Assembly (NCBI GenBank): GCA_005777315.1
Contig: SXMN01000094.1
Location: forward strand, 1 to 58,500
Direction of reading: 5' to 3'
From: Verrucomicrobiales bacterium
Lineage (GTDB): Bacteria; Verrucomicrobiota; Verrucomicrobiia; Limisphaerales; F1-12-MAGs170
DNA length: 58,500 nt
Shown: piece after piece, positions 38,201-48,344 of the stretch
Numbering within the stretch: position 1 is the first letter of the stretch
Layout of the letters: the number at the start of each line of letters is the position of its first letter
Made by a program: the position numbers and the translations under genes
Notes under the pieces: generated by a model
Database searches by the model: none
The model's input: only the letters and a program-made list of their open reading frames with translations
Told to the model about the DNA's origin: nothing

Positions 38201-38894
38201 TGTCACGAGCTCTACTTATCGCCAGCAGTCGCGGTTCACACCGGAGTTGCTCGCGAGGGATCCGCAGAACCGCCTCGTAGCCCGCGGCCCTCGCGTGCGG
38301 CTGGATGCGGAGATCATTCGTGACTCGGCGCTGGCTTCGAGCAGCACATTGTCGGCGAAAATGTTCGGGCCACCCGTGAAACCGCCACAACCAGATGGCG
38401 TGACCGAGGTGGCCTACGGCTCTGCCAGATGGGAGGCAAGCACGGGCGAAGATCGCTACCGCCGGTCCCTTTACACGTTCCAAAAGCGAAGCGCACCTTT
38501 CGCGATGTTCAACACGTTTGACGCGCCGTCGGGTGAAACCTGCCTGGCCAGACGCGAAACTTCGAACACGCCACTGCAGTCTCTGACCTTGCTCAACGAC
38601 ATCGCGTTCGTCGAAGCCGCTCAGAAACTGGGCGCGCTCACGGCGAAGCAGACCGGCGACGATGAACGAAAGGCTGAATTCATTTTCCGCCGCGCACTCA
38701 CGCGCCTGCCTTCCGCCGCCGAAAGGGCCGGGCTGGTTGCTTTTCTCAACGCCCAGCGCGAACGACTGAAGACCGGCGGGTTGAAGGCTGCGGATCTTGT
38801 CGATGACGCCAAGGGCGACTTCACGGAACAAGCCGCGTGGACTGTCGTGGCGCGAGTGGTCCTGAATCTTGACGAGACAATCACGAAGCAATGA
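35298..38894 (+). CDS. Planctomycete cytochrome c + DUF1549 + DUF1553 protein
   Basis: Signal peptide, CFKCH and CAQCH motifs, YGERWARKWLDLARYAD, NPLTARVVVNR, PSHPELLDWLA. Confidence 0.95.
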   Translation: MRQVMNAISLRTAVVLTCALWAGISMAAESPDFLREVRPILSSHCFKCHGPDDATRKGGVRLDMREPALKSGKSGEPAIVPGKPEKSEVIARIFTADEDDLMPPSKVKHPLSLQQKDILRRWIASGADYQPHWSFVAPKAVYPPEVQDPGFEVRNPIDAFIAARLKRDGLTTSPEASKLTLARRLHLDLIGLPATPEEADAFAKDARPDAYEQLVASLLASPRYGERWARKWLDLARYADTNGYEKDRNRSIWPYRDWVIRALNADMPFDQFTVEQIAGDLLPNPTREQIVATGFHRNTMLNEEGGIDPLEFRFHAVVDRVNTTGTTWLGLTVGCAQCHTHKYDPILHKDYYQLMAFLNNADEPDLDLPAEDAREQQRSREERATKLLSELSTRWPVEMEPFHWEQVTPKIERLEQGEDARLLEDGSLLFIAPGMDRSDVTVSFMAKLTNVTHLRLDALTHDSLPGKGPGRAPHGNFVLSEITVSRTLLHGSSAMEPVMIRSAKATAEQKEFPVGNAFDGKLETGWAVHEAGKTLNANHSATFQFEKPMSLDSDTRITVRLQQQHGGNHTIGRLAISVGVPVSDTRPELARRQEALEAAYTQWLERERKRAVTWTVLRPTGLKSNLPLLSVLPDNSVLASGDISKSDVYDLAFTNLPGRVTAIRLEALPDDSLPAHGPGLAYYEGPKGDFFMGEFQAVADGRRVKFVKASESHAKNNFGSGASAKAATDDDPQTGWSCADRPGEMHHAVFVADEPIEATRLDVKMLFGRHYACSLGRFRISVTSAEHGAEAGKIPESAERLLFVPDAGLTDEQRAELLESFLLSAPELAKQSKEIRDLRKPSAHTTTLVMRERPATAPRSTFIHNRGEFLQPTDRVEADVPQFLPRLPEHSKKDRLALAKWLVSPENPLTARVVVNRHWASFFGTGIVGTQNDFGFQGELPSHPELLDWLAVEFVKQGWSIKKLHRLIVTSSTYRQQSRFTPELLARDPQNRLVARGPRVRLDAEIIRDSALASSSTLSAKMFGPPVKPPQPDGVTEVAYGSARWEASTGEDRYRRSLYTFQKRSAPFAMFNTFDAPSGETCLARRETSNTPLQSLTLLNDIAFVEAAQKLGALTAKQTGDDERKAEFIFRRALTRLPSAAERAGLVAFLNAQRERLKTGGLKAADLVDDAKGDFTEQAAWTVVARVVLNLDETITKQ

Positions 38895-38898
38895 CTCC

Positions 38899-40353
38899 AT
38901 GAACTGCGAATCACATCATTTCCAGGAGCGCGGGCTGCCCTTGAGTCGTCGCTGGTTTCTACGCGAATGCGGCATTGGACTCGGCAAGATCGGCCTCGCG
39001 TCGCTGCTGACGGATGCTTTCCTCGCACGCGGGGCGGCTGCGGCGGCATCCGGTGATTTAATGACGCCGAAGCAGCCGCATTTTCCGGGGAAGGCCAGGG
39101 CGGTCATACACCTCTTCATGGCAGGCGCCCCGTCACAGCTCGATCTGTTCGATTACAAACCGGAGTTGCTCAAGCTCGAAGGAAAACCATTACCGCCCTC
39201 TGTCATCGGAGGCCAGCGCTACGCGTTCATCCGATCAGATGCAGCAGTGATGGCACCCCGTTTCAAATTCAAGAAGTATGGCCGGAGCGGCGCTGAACTG
39301 AGCGAGATCCTTCCGCACATCGGTTCCATTGCGGACGAGATCTGCCTGATTCGCTCGATGAAGACGGATCAGTTCAACCACGCGCCGGCTCAAATTTTTT
39401 TCAACACCGGCTTCTCTCAACCCGGGCGACCCAGCATTGGCTCGTGGGCGACCTACGGCCTCGGCTCGGAATCCAAGAACCTGCCGGCTTATGTGGTGAT
39501 GAGCACCGGTTCAGGCATCAGTGGCGGCGCTGCCAACTGGTCGAGCGGCTTCATCCCGACAACATTCACCGGCGTGCGCCTGCGCAACCAGGGCGATCCC
39601 ATCCTGAATGTCGCCAGCCCGAAAGGCGTGGACGACAGACTCCAGCGCGACACGCTCGACCTGGTCCGCTCCATGAACGAGCAGCAACTCGGCGCGGTGG
39701 GCGATCCCGAGATTGCCACTCGCATCAACTCCTATGAAATGGCCTTCCGCCTCCAGACCAGCGCACCGGAGTTGATGGACTTGAAGAGCGAAAAGAAGGA
39801 GACGCTGGAGCTTTATGGCTGTGATCCGGACAAACCTTCGTTTGCTCGTGCCTGCCTGCTGGCGCGGCGGATGGTCGAGCGCGGAGTGCGGTTCATCAAT
39901 ATCTACCACGAAGGCTGGGACGCTCACAGCGACGTCGTGGGCAATCACACCGGCAATTGCAAAACCACCGACCAGGCGAGCGCGGCGCTGGTGAAAGACC
40001 TAAAGCGCCTCGGTCTGCTCGATTCCACTCTCGTCATCTGGGGCGGTGAATTCGGCCGCACGCCCATGATTGAAACCAATCCGAGCCTCGGCCGTTCCAT
40101 GGGCCGCGATCATCATCCGCAGGCGTTTACCTTGTGGATGGCCGGTGGAGGCGTGAAGCGCGGACTCAGCTACGGAGCCACGGATGAACTGGGCTTTCAC
40201 ACCGTGGAGAATCCCGTCCACGTCCACGACTTGCAGGCGACGATTCTCCATTGCCTGGGCTTCGATCACGAAAGGCTCACCTACGAATTCCAAGGCCGCC
40301 GCTACCGCCTCACCGATGTCCATGGGCATGTCGTGAATGACCTCGTGGTGTAG
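38899..40353 (+). CDS. DUF1501 family protein (Tat signal)
   Basis: SRRWFL, GAPSQLDLFDYKP, ARRMVERGVRF, GEFGRTP, GRDHHP. Confidence 0.95.
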   Translation: MNCESHHFQERGLPLSRRWFLRECGIGLGKIGLASLLTDAFLARGAAAAASGDLMTPKQPHFPGKARAVIHLFMAGAPSQLDLFDYKPELLKLEGKPLPPSVIGGQRYAFIRSDAAVMAPRFKFKKYGRSGAELSEILPHIGSIADEICLIRSMKTDQFNHAPAQIFFNTGFSQPGRPSIGSWATYGLGSESKNLPAYVVMSTGSGISGGAANWSSGFIPTTFTGVRLRNQGDPILNVASPKGVDDRLQRDTLDLVRSMNEQQLGAVGDPEIATRINSYEMAFRLQTSAPELMDLKSEKKETLELYGCDPDKPSFARACLLARRMVERGVRFINIYHEGWDAHSDVVGNHTGNCKTTDQASAALVKDLKRLGLLDSTLVIWGGEFGRTPMIETNPSLGRSMGRDHHPQAFTLWMAGGGVKRGLSYGATDELGFHTVENPVHVHDLQATILHCLGFDHERLTYEFQGRRYRLTDVHGHVVNDLVV

Positions 40354-40494
40354 TTTGCATGCTTGAGCCCGGGGAGACTCAGGCAACTCCAGCTAAGGAG
40401 GTCCGATCGTTGAGATGCGCACTGGATCTTGACGGGAAACCCTGGAGGAATCAGAGCGGAATCGTCCACCACGCGGCTGTCTCCACGGCCAAGA

Positions 40495-41964
40495 CTACCC
40501 CAACACTTCCTTGATCACATGGCCCTCCACATTGGTCAGTCGGCGTTGGACGCCATTGTGCTCAAACGTGAGCTTCTCGTGGTCAAGGCCAAGGAGGTGC
40601 ATGATGGTCGCGTTCAAATCATAAAGCGGGTGAATGTTCTCCACAGCGCGCTGGCCCAGTTCGTCAGTAACGCCATGACTGACGCCTCGCTTGACACCGG
40701 CTCCTGTCAGCCAGCAGGTGAAACCGTCGGGATTATGGTCGCGACCTTGCGCTCCTTTCTGGAAGAATGGCATGCGTCCGAACTCCGTGCACCAGACGAC
40801 GAGCGTGTCGTCCAGCAAGCCACGCTGGCGGAGATCGCGGATGAGCGCTGCCGCAGGCTGGTCGAGTATGGCGGCGTGTTTGTCGTATTGCTCTTTCAGT
40901 TTGTTGTGGCCATCCCAGTTCAATTCACCGCCGCTGGCGTAAGCGCCATTAAATAGCTGGACGAACCGTACCCCCTTCTCAATCAGCCGGCGTGCGAGGA
41001 TGCAGTTCCTGGCAAAGCCAGCCTTGATTGGATTCGATGTGTCCTCCGCGCCGTAGCTTTTTAGAATGTGCGCCGGCTCTGTGGAAAGGTCGCTGATCTC
41101 AGGAACGCTGAGCTGCATGCGCGCGGCGAGTTCGTAACTGGCGATGCGCGCCGCCAGCTTGCTATCACCGGGGTGGCGCTCGAGGTGGCGCTCGTTCATG
41201 CGCCGCAAGATCGAACGTGCCGCGCGGTCCTCTGCAGGCGAAACCCCGGGCGCAACCAGATGGCGCACCGGATCCTCCGTGCTGAAAGTCGTGCCTTGGA
41301 AGGCCGCTGGCAGAAAACCGGGGCCCCAATTGTTCGAGCCGTTCTGTGGGACACCGCGCGGATCAAGGATGGAAACGAACGCCGGCAGATCCTGGTTTTC
41401 GCTCCCGAGCGCGTAACTCAACCACGAGCCGAGGCTTGGGAAACCATCAAGCACGAAGCCGGTGGAGAGGAAATTCTCGGCCGGCCCATGAGTGTTGCTC
41501 TTGCTGGTCAGCGAATGAATGAAAGCGATGTCGTCGGTCAGCTCGGCGAGATGCGGAATCAAATCGGAAACCATCTTCCCCGTCTGTCCACGAGGACGAA
41601 AATCATACTGCGGCCGCGCGAGATTCCCGGCGGGGCCTTGAAACGTCACCGCCGGTCCACCGGGCAACGGCTTGTTGTCCCACTTGATCAGCTCCGGCTT
41701 GTAGTCCCACGTCTCCAACTGGCTTACGGCCCCGGCACAGAAGATGACGATGACGTTCCTTGCCTTCGCGGGAAAATGAGGCAGCCGCGGCGCATACGGA
41801 CGCGCGGGATCGATGATCGGCCCATTCATCGCGAGCAAACCGTCGAGTCCGAGCAGGTTCGTCAGTGCAATGGAACCGAGCGCGGTCGCGGTGCCGCCCA
41901 GGAAACTGCGGCGGTCCAGCAAATGGCGGCCGTGAGTGGAAAGGTGTCCGGTGTCGTGGTTCAT
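40495..41964 (-). CDS. DUF1501 family protein (Tat signal)
   Basis: [40 protein letters not shown]. Confidence 0.95.
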   Translation of the reverse strand: MNHDTGHLSTHGRHLLDRRSFLGGTATALGSIALTNLLGLDGLLAMNGPIIDPARPYAPRLPHFPAKARNVIVIFCAGAVSQLETWDYKPELIKWDNKPLPGGPAVTFQGPAGNLARPQYDFRPRGQTGKMVSDLIPHLAELTDDIAFIHSLTSKSNTHGPAENFLSTGFVLDGFPSLGSWLSYALGSENQDLPAFVSILDPRGVPQNGSNNWGPGFLPAAFQGTTFSTEDPVRHLVAPGVSPAEDRAARSILRRMNERHLERHPGDSKLAARIASYELAARMQLSVPEISDLSTEPAHILKSYGAEDTSNPIKAGFARNCILARRLIEKGVRFVQLFNGAYASGGELNWDGHNKLKEQYDKHAAILDQPAAALIRDLRQRGLLDDTLVVWCTEFGRMPFFQKGAQGRDHNPDGFTCWLTGAGVKRGVSHGVTDELGQRAVENIHPLYDLNATIMHLLGLDHEKLTFEHNGVQRRLTNVEGHVIKEVLG

Positions 41965-42076
41965 TTGTTGAACCTTCTGATTTTTGATTTTGCCACCCTC
42001 CGCCATTCTGCAAATTTCCTGCGGCCTTGGAATTCAAACACCGCGCTGTGGATGGCTTTTATAAGGCGCTGGAGGT

Positions 42077-44611
42077 TCATGGCACGAAAAGAAACTCGTT
42101 ACTGTTGAAAAGAGCCCGACAAAGCGTCGGCAGCCCATGCGCGGCCACGATCGGTCGAACGTCCGACAACTCGGCAACACTTGGGTTGCGACTGAGCGCG
42201 AGCTGGTAGGCGCGGCGAATCTGTCTGGCGATGTCCTCGCCTGCCTCTGTTCTCACACGGCCCGCGAAGGCATCGGCCTGCTCGATGGTGAAGCGACTGT
42301 TGAATAGGTTCAGCGCCTGGATCGGCGTGGTGGACTCGCGGCGGCGAGCTGTGCTCTGTCCGGCGTCCGGGCAGTCGAAAGCGCCAAAGACAGCTTCGCG
42401 CTCGCGACGGACCTTGTGCGCATAAATCATCCGGCGCAGGCCATCACCGCTGAAGGACTCGACGGGGTTGAAGCCGCTCAATCCACCGCGATTGTTGAAC
42501 AGATCGAAGCCTCGGCCGCCCATCTTCAGGTTCAGCTTCCCGCTGACCGCGAGCATCGAGTCGCGGATCGGTTCAGACTCCAGCCGCCGAGACGGGAATC
42601 GCCAGAGCAGACGGACGTCGGAGTCGGATTGAACGGAGGCCAATAGAGGCGACGGTGAAGAGGGCCGCCGGACTTCTCTGCCTTTGTTTCCTCCTGTTGA
42701 AGAACCCTGCCGATACGACGCCGAGAGCACGATGAGACGGTGCATCTGCTTCACCGACCAGCCGGAGCGCACGAACTCCGACGCCAGCCAGTCGAGCAGT
42801 TCAGGATGGGACGGTCTCGCACCGTTTCGGCCAAAGTCGCTCGGGGTTTCCACAAGGCCGCTGCCGAAGTGGCCCTGCCAGATGCGGTTCACCATCACAC
42901 GCGCAGTGAGAGGATTCTCGACACTGGCAATCCAATCAGCGAGCGCCTTGCGGCGCTCCTGTTCGGGCGTGTCAGGAGAGAGTTTCATCGAGCCAAGCAC
43001 CCTCAGCACAGCGGGAACGACCTCCTCCTTCGGCTGCTCCGGGTCACCGCGGTTGAGCAGATGAATCTTATCCGGCGTTCGGAACATTCCGGCGAACGCC
43101 AGACGCCCCTCTGTTGTTGCCTTGATGCTTCGTTCCAGCTTCTTCTTCTCATCCACCAACCGTGTCGCCTCCTTCACTTCCTCCGCGGTGAGTCCGGCGG
43201 TGGAAAACAAGGATGCTTTGTTTTCACCAGGCACAAACTTCGCGCGATCGGACGACTCCGCGACGATGCGCCACTCCCCTGCTGCATCGGCGACTTCGAT
43301 GACGTAATTCGTCGCAAGCCGGTCGCCAAACTGCGCGCCTCGGTCCCGCCCCCACACGATCCGATCAATTTCTTGCGCCCGGGCCAACTCCAGCACCACC
43401 CACCCTTTTCCTTTCTCGTTCGACATCCAGCTTCGTGAGTTGCCGTAATGGCCATCGTTGACGAAGCGCAACTCATGATTGTCCGCAACGACGGTGTCAC
43501 CCGACGACGTGACCGTGGCGCCCACGCTGGCGAGTGCAACATTCGCGCCTGAAGTGTCGAAGATCTCCAGTTCGTCGAGGCATGGCTCCAGATTGTTCGT
43601 CTCACGAATGGTGAAACGCACGCGCTTTGCTTTTACCCTGCCAAATCGGTCAGTGTTGACGCGTGCATTTACCGGAGGACGTTCCACGCCGGATCTGGCC
43701 AGCGGCGACAGTCGGGAGAGTTCCCATTCAACTTCACTCATCCGTTTCGTCAGACGCATTTCCTCGGCGCGCATTGCATCCGCTTCCGGCGAGCGCAGCT
43801 CGCGGTCGCCATACTCCACACCCGCGAAGAATGCCTGCATCGAGTAATAATCGCGCGCGCTGATGGGATCGAACTTGTGGTCGTGACACCGCGCACAACC
43901 CACGCTCAAGCCGAGAAAGGTCTGGCCGATGTTCACCACGATTTCGTCGAGGGAATCCTGCCGGGCCAGGCGCTTGGAAACATCGTCCGCCCCAATCTGC
44001 CCCGGCAACAGCACGGACGCCGTGATGAGAAAACCCGTCGCCGCATCCTCGCCAAGCGCATCACCAACAATCTGTTCCTGGATGAAGCGCTCATACGGCG
44101 TGTCGTTGTTAAAGGCGCGGATGACGTAGTCGCGATAGGGCCAGGCGTTCGGCCGCTCCGTGTTCACCTCGAAGCCATGCGTATCCGCGTAGCGCACCAC
44201 ATCCAGCCAATGCTGCGCCCATCGCTCGCCGTAGCGCAGCGATTTCAGCAGTTCATCCACCACACGACCGTGAGCATTCCCCTGGCGGTCTTTCATGAAA
44301 GCCTCCACCTGATCCGGTGAGGGTGGCAGCCCTGTGAGGTCGAATGAGACGCGTCGAAGCCAGGTCACACGATCGGCTTCCGGCGAGGGCTTCAAGCCTT
44401 CCTTTTCCAGTCGAGCGAGAATGAACCGGTCCACCTCGTTGCGTGGCCAGCGGTTGTTCGTAGTCTTCGGGGGCACCGGACTGGATACGGGCTGGAAAGA
44501 CCAGTGCTCGCTCTTGTTCTCCAATTGCATCAACTCCGCCGACGCCCCCGACACGCTCGAAAGGAGCGATAGAGCAAGGGCAAAGCAGGCGGGCAAGGCT
44601 GAGCTGATCAT
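42077..44611 (-). CDS. DUF1549 + DUF1553 protein with central discoidin-like insert
   Basis: HWSFQP, YGERWAQHWLDVVRYAD, CARCH, NPLTARVMVNR, PSHPELLDWLA; no N-terminal cytochrome c domain. Confidence 0.93.
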   Translation of the reverse strand: MISSALPACFALALSLLSSVSGASAELMQLENKSEHWSFQPVSSPVPPKTTNNRWPRNEVDRFILARLEKEGLKPSPEADRVTWLRRVSFDLTGLPPSPDQVEAFMKDRQGNAHGRVVDELLKSLRYGERWAQHWLDVVRYADTHGFEVNTERPNAWPYRDYVIRAFNNDTPYERFIQEQIVGDALGEDAATGFLITASVLLPGQIGADDVSKRLARQDSLDEIVVNIGQTFLGLSVGCARCHDHKFDPISARDYYSMQAFFAGVEYGDRELRSPEADAMRAEEMRLTKRMSEVEWELSRLSPLARSGVERPPVNARVNTDRFGRVKAKRVRFTIRETNNLEPCLDELEIFDTSGANVALASVGATVTSSGDTVVADNHELRFVNDGHYGNSRSWMSNEKGKGWVVLELARAQEIDRIVWGRDRGAQFGDRLATNYVIEVADAAGEWRIVAESSDRAKFVPGENKASLFSTAGLTAEEVKEATRLVDEKKKLERSIKATTEGRLAFAGMFRTPDKIHLLNRGDPEQPKEEVVPAVLRVLGSMKLSPDTPEQERRKALADWIASVENPLTARVMVNRIWQGHFGSGLVETPSDFGRNGARPSHPELLDWLASEFVRSGWSVKQMHRLIVLSASYRQGSSTGGNKGREVRRPSSPSPLLASVQSDSDVRLLWRFPSRRLESEPIRDSMLAVSGKLNLKMGGRGFDLFNNRGGLSGFNPVESFSGDGLRRMIYAHKVRREREAVFGAFDCPDAGQSTARRRESTTPIQALNLFNSRFTIEQADAFAGRVRTEAGEDIARQIRRAYQLALSRNPSVAELSDVRPIVAAHGLPTLCRALFNSNEFLFVP
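42629..42701. repeat. Palindromic element inserted in frame within a CDS
   Basis: Imperfect inverted repeat TTGAACGGAGGCCAATAGAGGC ... GCCTTTGTTTCCTCCTGTTGAA. Confidence 0.6.
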
Positions 44612-44721
44612 CAGCGACCATCATCTCCAGAAAGGCAGCGGATTCAACGCGGGATTTTTGATGACCAGACCTTTTCTACTTCAGCTTGCTCCAATCATTC
44701 CCGACCGCGTAGTTTCCGGCG

Positions 44722-45639
44722 GTGCCAGAATTTCCGCCAACACAGCCGCCGCCTGCGGTTACAAAACTCGCGACACTTTTGCGGCGGCTTGGCAGCTCTC
44801 TGCTGTTATGGGGTGTTGTCCTGGGCTCGATCTTCTCGGGAAACAGGTTGGTCGCGGACTATTTGTTTCTGGGGCTGATGATGTTGATTGCCTGGCTGGG
44901 GTTGCGGGAGTTTTACGACATGGCGGAAAAGCGAGGGTTGGCGTGCTTCCGCGTCATGGGAATTGCCGGCGGACTTCTGCTGATGGCCAGCACGTTTTAT
45001 TATGTCACCCGGACCCGCAGTTTTGTCCTGCCACCGGCCAAGGCGAACGATTTTGAGACCAGCATCATCGTGATCTTCGTGCTGGGGCTTTGTGTACGGC
45101 AGTTGATCTCGAAATCGAACACCGCCGGATTGATGGCTGTTTCCACCACGCTCTTTGGGCTGATGTACGTTCCGTGGCTTCTGAACTTCATCCAGAAGAT
45201 CAATTTCTTTCCTCGAATCGAAGGCCAGTATTACGTCCTGTATTTTATTCTGGTGACGAAGTTCAGCGACATGGGCGCCTACTGCGTCGGTTCATTGATC
45301 GGTCGTCACAAGATGATTCCCCGGATAAGTCCGAACAAGACATGGGAAGGATTTGCCGGGGCGATTCTTTTCTCTGTCGGTGGAAGTCTGGGGTATGCGC
45401 AGCTCGCGAAAACACATCTTGTAGGGATGAACCTCTTTCATGCGGTCGTACTCGGCGTGATTCTGAGCGTGGCCGCCGTGGTGGGTGATCTGATCGAATC
45501 ACTATTCAAGCGTGAAGCCGGAGTGAAGGATTCCGGACGTTTCTTTCCCGGCATCGGAGGCATGCTGGATTTGATGGACAGTCTGCTGTTCAATGCGCCG
45601 CTGATGTATTTGTATCTGCGGCATGTTCTGACCCATTAG
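44722..45639 (+). CDS. cdsA: Phosphatidate cytidylyltransferase
   Basis: SDMGAY, ISPNKTWEG, GDLIESLFKREAGVKDSG...PGIGGMLD. Confidence 0.96.
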   Translation: MPEFPPTQPPPAVTKLATLLRRLGSSLLLWGVVLGSIFSGNRLVADYLFLGLMMLIAWLGLREFYDMAEKRGLACFRVMGIAGGLLLMASTFYYVTRTRSFVLPPAKANDFETSIIVIFVLGLCVRQLISKSNTAGLMAVSTTLFGLMYVPWLLNFIQKINFFPRIEGQYYVLYFILVTKFSDMGAYCVGSLIGRHKMIPRISPNKTWEGFAGAILFSVGGSLGYAQLAKTHLVGMNLFHAVVLGVILSVAAVVGDLIESLFKREAGVKDSGRFFPGIGGMLDLMDSLLFNAPLMYLYLRHVLTH

Positions 45640-45650
45640 CACTCGATTAA

Positions 45651-46799
45651 ATGAAGCGCGTTGTATTACTCGGCAGCACTGGATCAATCGGCACCAGCAC
45701 CGCCAAGGTGGCCCTGGATCTTCCGGACAGAATCCGACTGGTCGGGCTCGCCGCGGGCAACAATGCAAAGCTGCTGGCGGATCAGGCGCGTCAGCACTGT
45801 CCAGAAGCGGTTTCCATCACAGATCCAGCTCAAGCGACCAAACTCCGGGAGGCATTCGGAGATTCGATGGAGGTTCATCAAGGGAGCGAGGGCTTGATCA
45901 AGCTGGCGACGCTCCCCTCGGCAGATATCGTGCTGATCGCGATTGTAGGAACGGCGGGATTACAGCCAGCACTGGCCGCAATTCGCGCGGGCAAGGACAT
46001 CGCGGTTGCTTCCAAGGAAATTCTGGTGATGGCCGGAGAAATCGTCATGAGCGAAGCGCGAAAGCATGGCGTGCGAGTGCTTGCCGTGGACAGTGAGCAT
46101 TCCGCAATCTTCCAGTGCTTGGATGGCAAACCCTCCAGTTCGGTGCGAAACCTCTGGCTCACTGCGTCGGGCGGACCTTTTCGGAGCAAGACCGACTGGC
46201 CGAAGGAGAGTTTCAGGGACATCACTGTTGAACGGGCATTGAAACATCCTTCGTGGGTCATGGGGCGCAAGATCACGCTCGATTCAGCCACGCTGTTCAA
46301 CAAAGGGCTGGAGATGATCGAGGCGCGCTGGCTTTTCGACATCGAAATGGGGCGCGTGCAGGTGCTGGTTCATCCCCAGAGCATCGTTCACTCGATGGTT
46401 GAATTCATCGATGGTTCGATCATCGCGCAGTTATCCACACCGGACATGTGCCTGCCGATTCAATATGCATTAACCTATCCAGACCGCGTTTTGAACGAGC
46501 GGGTGCAGACGAATCTCGCAAAGCTTGGCCAGCTTACGTTCGAGGAACCCGACCTTGGCCGTTTCCCGGCGCTCAAGCTGGCGCGTCACGCGGGGGAAGT
46601 GGGCGGAACGTTGCCCGCAGTCTTGAACGCCGCGAACGAGGTGGCGGTGGAAGCGTTTTGGGACAATCGCATTTCTTTTGATCAGATTCCAGAAGTGGTG
46701 GGGCGGACATTGGATCGCCACCGTGTCGTGGAGCATCCAGACCTGGATCAAATCCTCGCTGCGGATGGTTGGGCCAGAACCAACGCAGTTGTGGGTTAG
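45651..46799 (+). CDS. dxr: 1-deoxy-D-xylulose 5-phosphate reductoisomerase
   Basis: LGSTGSIG, VDSEHSAIFQ, LTASGGPFR, NKGLEMIEA, NAANEVAV. Confidence 0.98.
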   Translation: MKRVVLLGSTGSIGTSTAKVALDLPDRIRLVGLAAGNNAKLLADQARQHCPEAVSITDPAQATKLREAFGDSMEVHQGSEGLIKLATLPSADIVLIAIVGTAGLQPALAAIRAGKDIAVASKEILVMAGEIVMSEARKHGVRVLAVDSEHSAIFQCLDGKPSSSVRNLWLTASGGPFRSKTDWPKESFRDITVERALKHPSWVMGRKITLDSATLFNKGLEMIEARWLFDIEMGRVQVLVHPQSIVHSMVEFIDGSIIAQLSTPDMCLPIQYALTYPDRVLNERVQTNLAKLGQLTFEEPDLGRFPALKLARHAGEVGGTLPAVLNAANEVAVEAFWDNRISFDQIPEVVGRTLDRHRVVEHPDLDQILAADGWARTNAVVG

Positions 46800-48340
46800 A
46801 TCAAGGATGTGCCGCTGGGCACCCGGACGACGATCGTGCCAGCGATCATGTCATGCCACGATTGCGTGTCCCGATCCCAGCCGACCCAGAAGAATCCTAG
46901 GAAGAGCACCAGTCCTGAAAAGAAACTGGAAAGGCTGCGAACCAGGGCCACGGAGAAATTCACCGGAGCGCCGTTCAGACGCACGACCTTGATCCCCATG
47001 ACAACGCCCCCGATCGTGGTGCCTTTCCAAGTCCACATCGTCACATGATACGCCACCCACAGGAGGAGAAAGAAGGGACCTGTCAGCGAAATGAGCAGTG
47101 AGAGCAGGATAAAATCGAGGAAGGTTGCCAGGAATCTTCGCCAGAATCCCGCCCGCGGCATCACCACCAACTCCAGAGGTGGCGCGGTGGAAACTCCAGG
47201 AGGAACGTCGCTCGGAGTTGCTGAACCGGCGGTTGTCGAGGCACTCATTACCACGACCGGTGGAGGCGTGAACGGGACTCTCGAGTCTTCACGGCGCATG
47301 GCGCGGAACGCAGCAAGCACCACACCCCCGAGTCCGAGCAAGGTGGCGAATCCCCAGGCGAGGTAGCCCACCACGGGAATCATGTAGATGACACAGAATA
47401 GCGCCGCTCCCAGGAGGAGCATGAGCAGGAGTGCTCCACCTTCGGGCTTGAACTGGCGGATCAACTGTTGCCCCGTGTAGGAGTACACAGCGGTCTTACC
47501 GACGAGAAAGGCCAGGATGGTGGCGCAGGCAAGAAGGAAGATCACGGGGATGCCGACCACTGTTATCAATAAGAGGACCGCTAGCGGGGCAATCAGCAAG
47601 GCTGCCAGCACTCCGGTGAAAAAGGCTCCCACAGGCCGATCCTGCATGGCGAGGACAGAAGCCTGCACAGGACGCGGGAAGAGCAGTGCCATCATCGCGT
47701 AAACCAGGAGGAATAATCCGAAGACACCCCACACCCACGGAACCTGTGGGGGCAACGGACGCGCAAGGAACACGCCTTGGGTCACCCACTGCTGCAACCA
47801 ACCGAAGTCAGGCAATGCCTGGTTCAGGCTCACAAAATAGCGTTCGCCCCCGATCATGGATCCAGCGTCTTCGTCAAAGGGGCCGCCAATCACAACTGCT
47901 TCCCGATGAATGTTCGCATCCGGGCCCAGTTTCACTCCGCCAAGCACCACAACGAGGTTGCCTTGAATCTCGCCATTCACTTCGGCTGTCCCTGAGATCA
48001 CGACGACATCGTGGCGTACGATGCCATCAATCTTCGCGTCACCGGCGATGACGACAACATTGTCTTTCGTTTCCTCGCGCTGAACGACAACTGGCCGCCC
48101 GATCTCCACCACCTCGCGATTGTGGCGTTTGGCACGAATGAGATTGCGCTTCCTGACCCCGGTTTTGATGGCGGGCTCGTCAGCTTCGTCACCCTTGTCA
48201 GTCGGTTGGATTACGGCTGGCTCTATGGTTTTCTCCGATGGCGAAGGTTCCTGAGCGACGGCCGTACCCGAGCTTTTCAGGAAACCAAAGCAACTCAAAC
48301 CCAGACAGACGAAGAGGAAGGTGAAACAGGCTTGCTTCAT
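46796..48340 (-). CDS. Membrane protein with beta-helix (bactofilin-like) repeats and C-terminal RDD domain
   Basis: VVVIAGDAKIDG/VVVISGTAEVNG repeats, multiple TMs, AGFWRRFLA...HDMIAGTIVV. Confidence 0.88.
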   Translation of the reverse strand: MKQACFTFLFVCLGLSCFGFLKSSGTAVAQEPSPSEKTIEPAVIQPTDKGDEADEPAIKTGVRKRNLIRAKRHNREVVEIGRPVVVQREETKDNVVVIAGDAKIDGIVRHDVVVISGTAEVNGEIQGNLVVVLGGVKLGPDANIHREAVVIGGPFDEDAGSMIGGERYFVSLNQALPDFGWLQQWVTQGVFLARPLPPQVPWVWGVFGLFLLVYAMMALLFPRPVQASVLAMQDRPVGAFFTGVLAALLIAPLAVLLLITVVGIPVIFLLACATILAFLVGKTAVYSYTGQQLIRQFKPEGGALLLMLLLGAALFCVIYMIPVVGYLAWGFATLLGLGGVVLAAFRAMRREDSRVPFTPPPVVVMSASTTAGSATPSDVPPGVSTAPPLELVVMPRAGFWRRFLATFLDFILLSLLISLTGPFFLLLWVAYHVTMWTWKGTTIGGVVMGIKVVRLNGAPVNFSVALVRSLSSFFSGLVLFLGFFWVGWDRDTQSWHDMIAGTIVVRVPSGTSLI

Positions 48341-48344
48341 AGGA

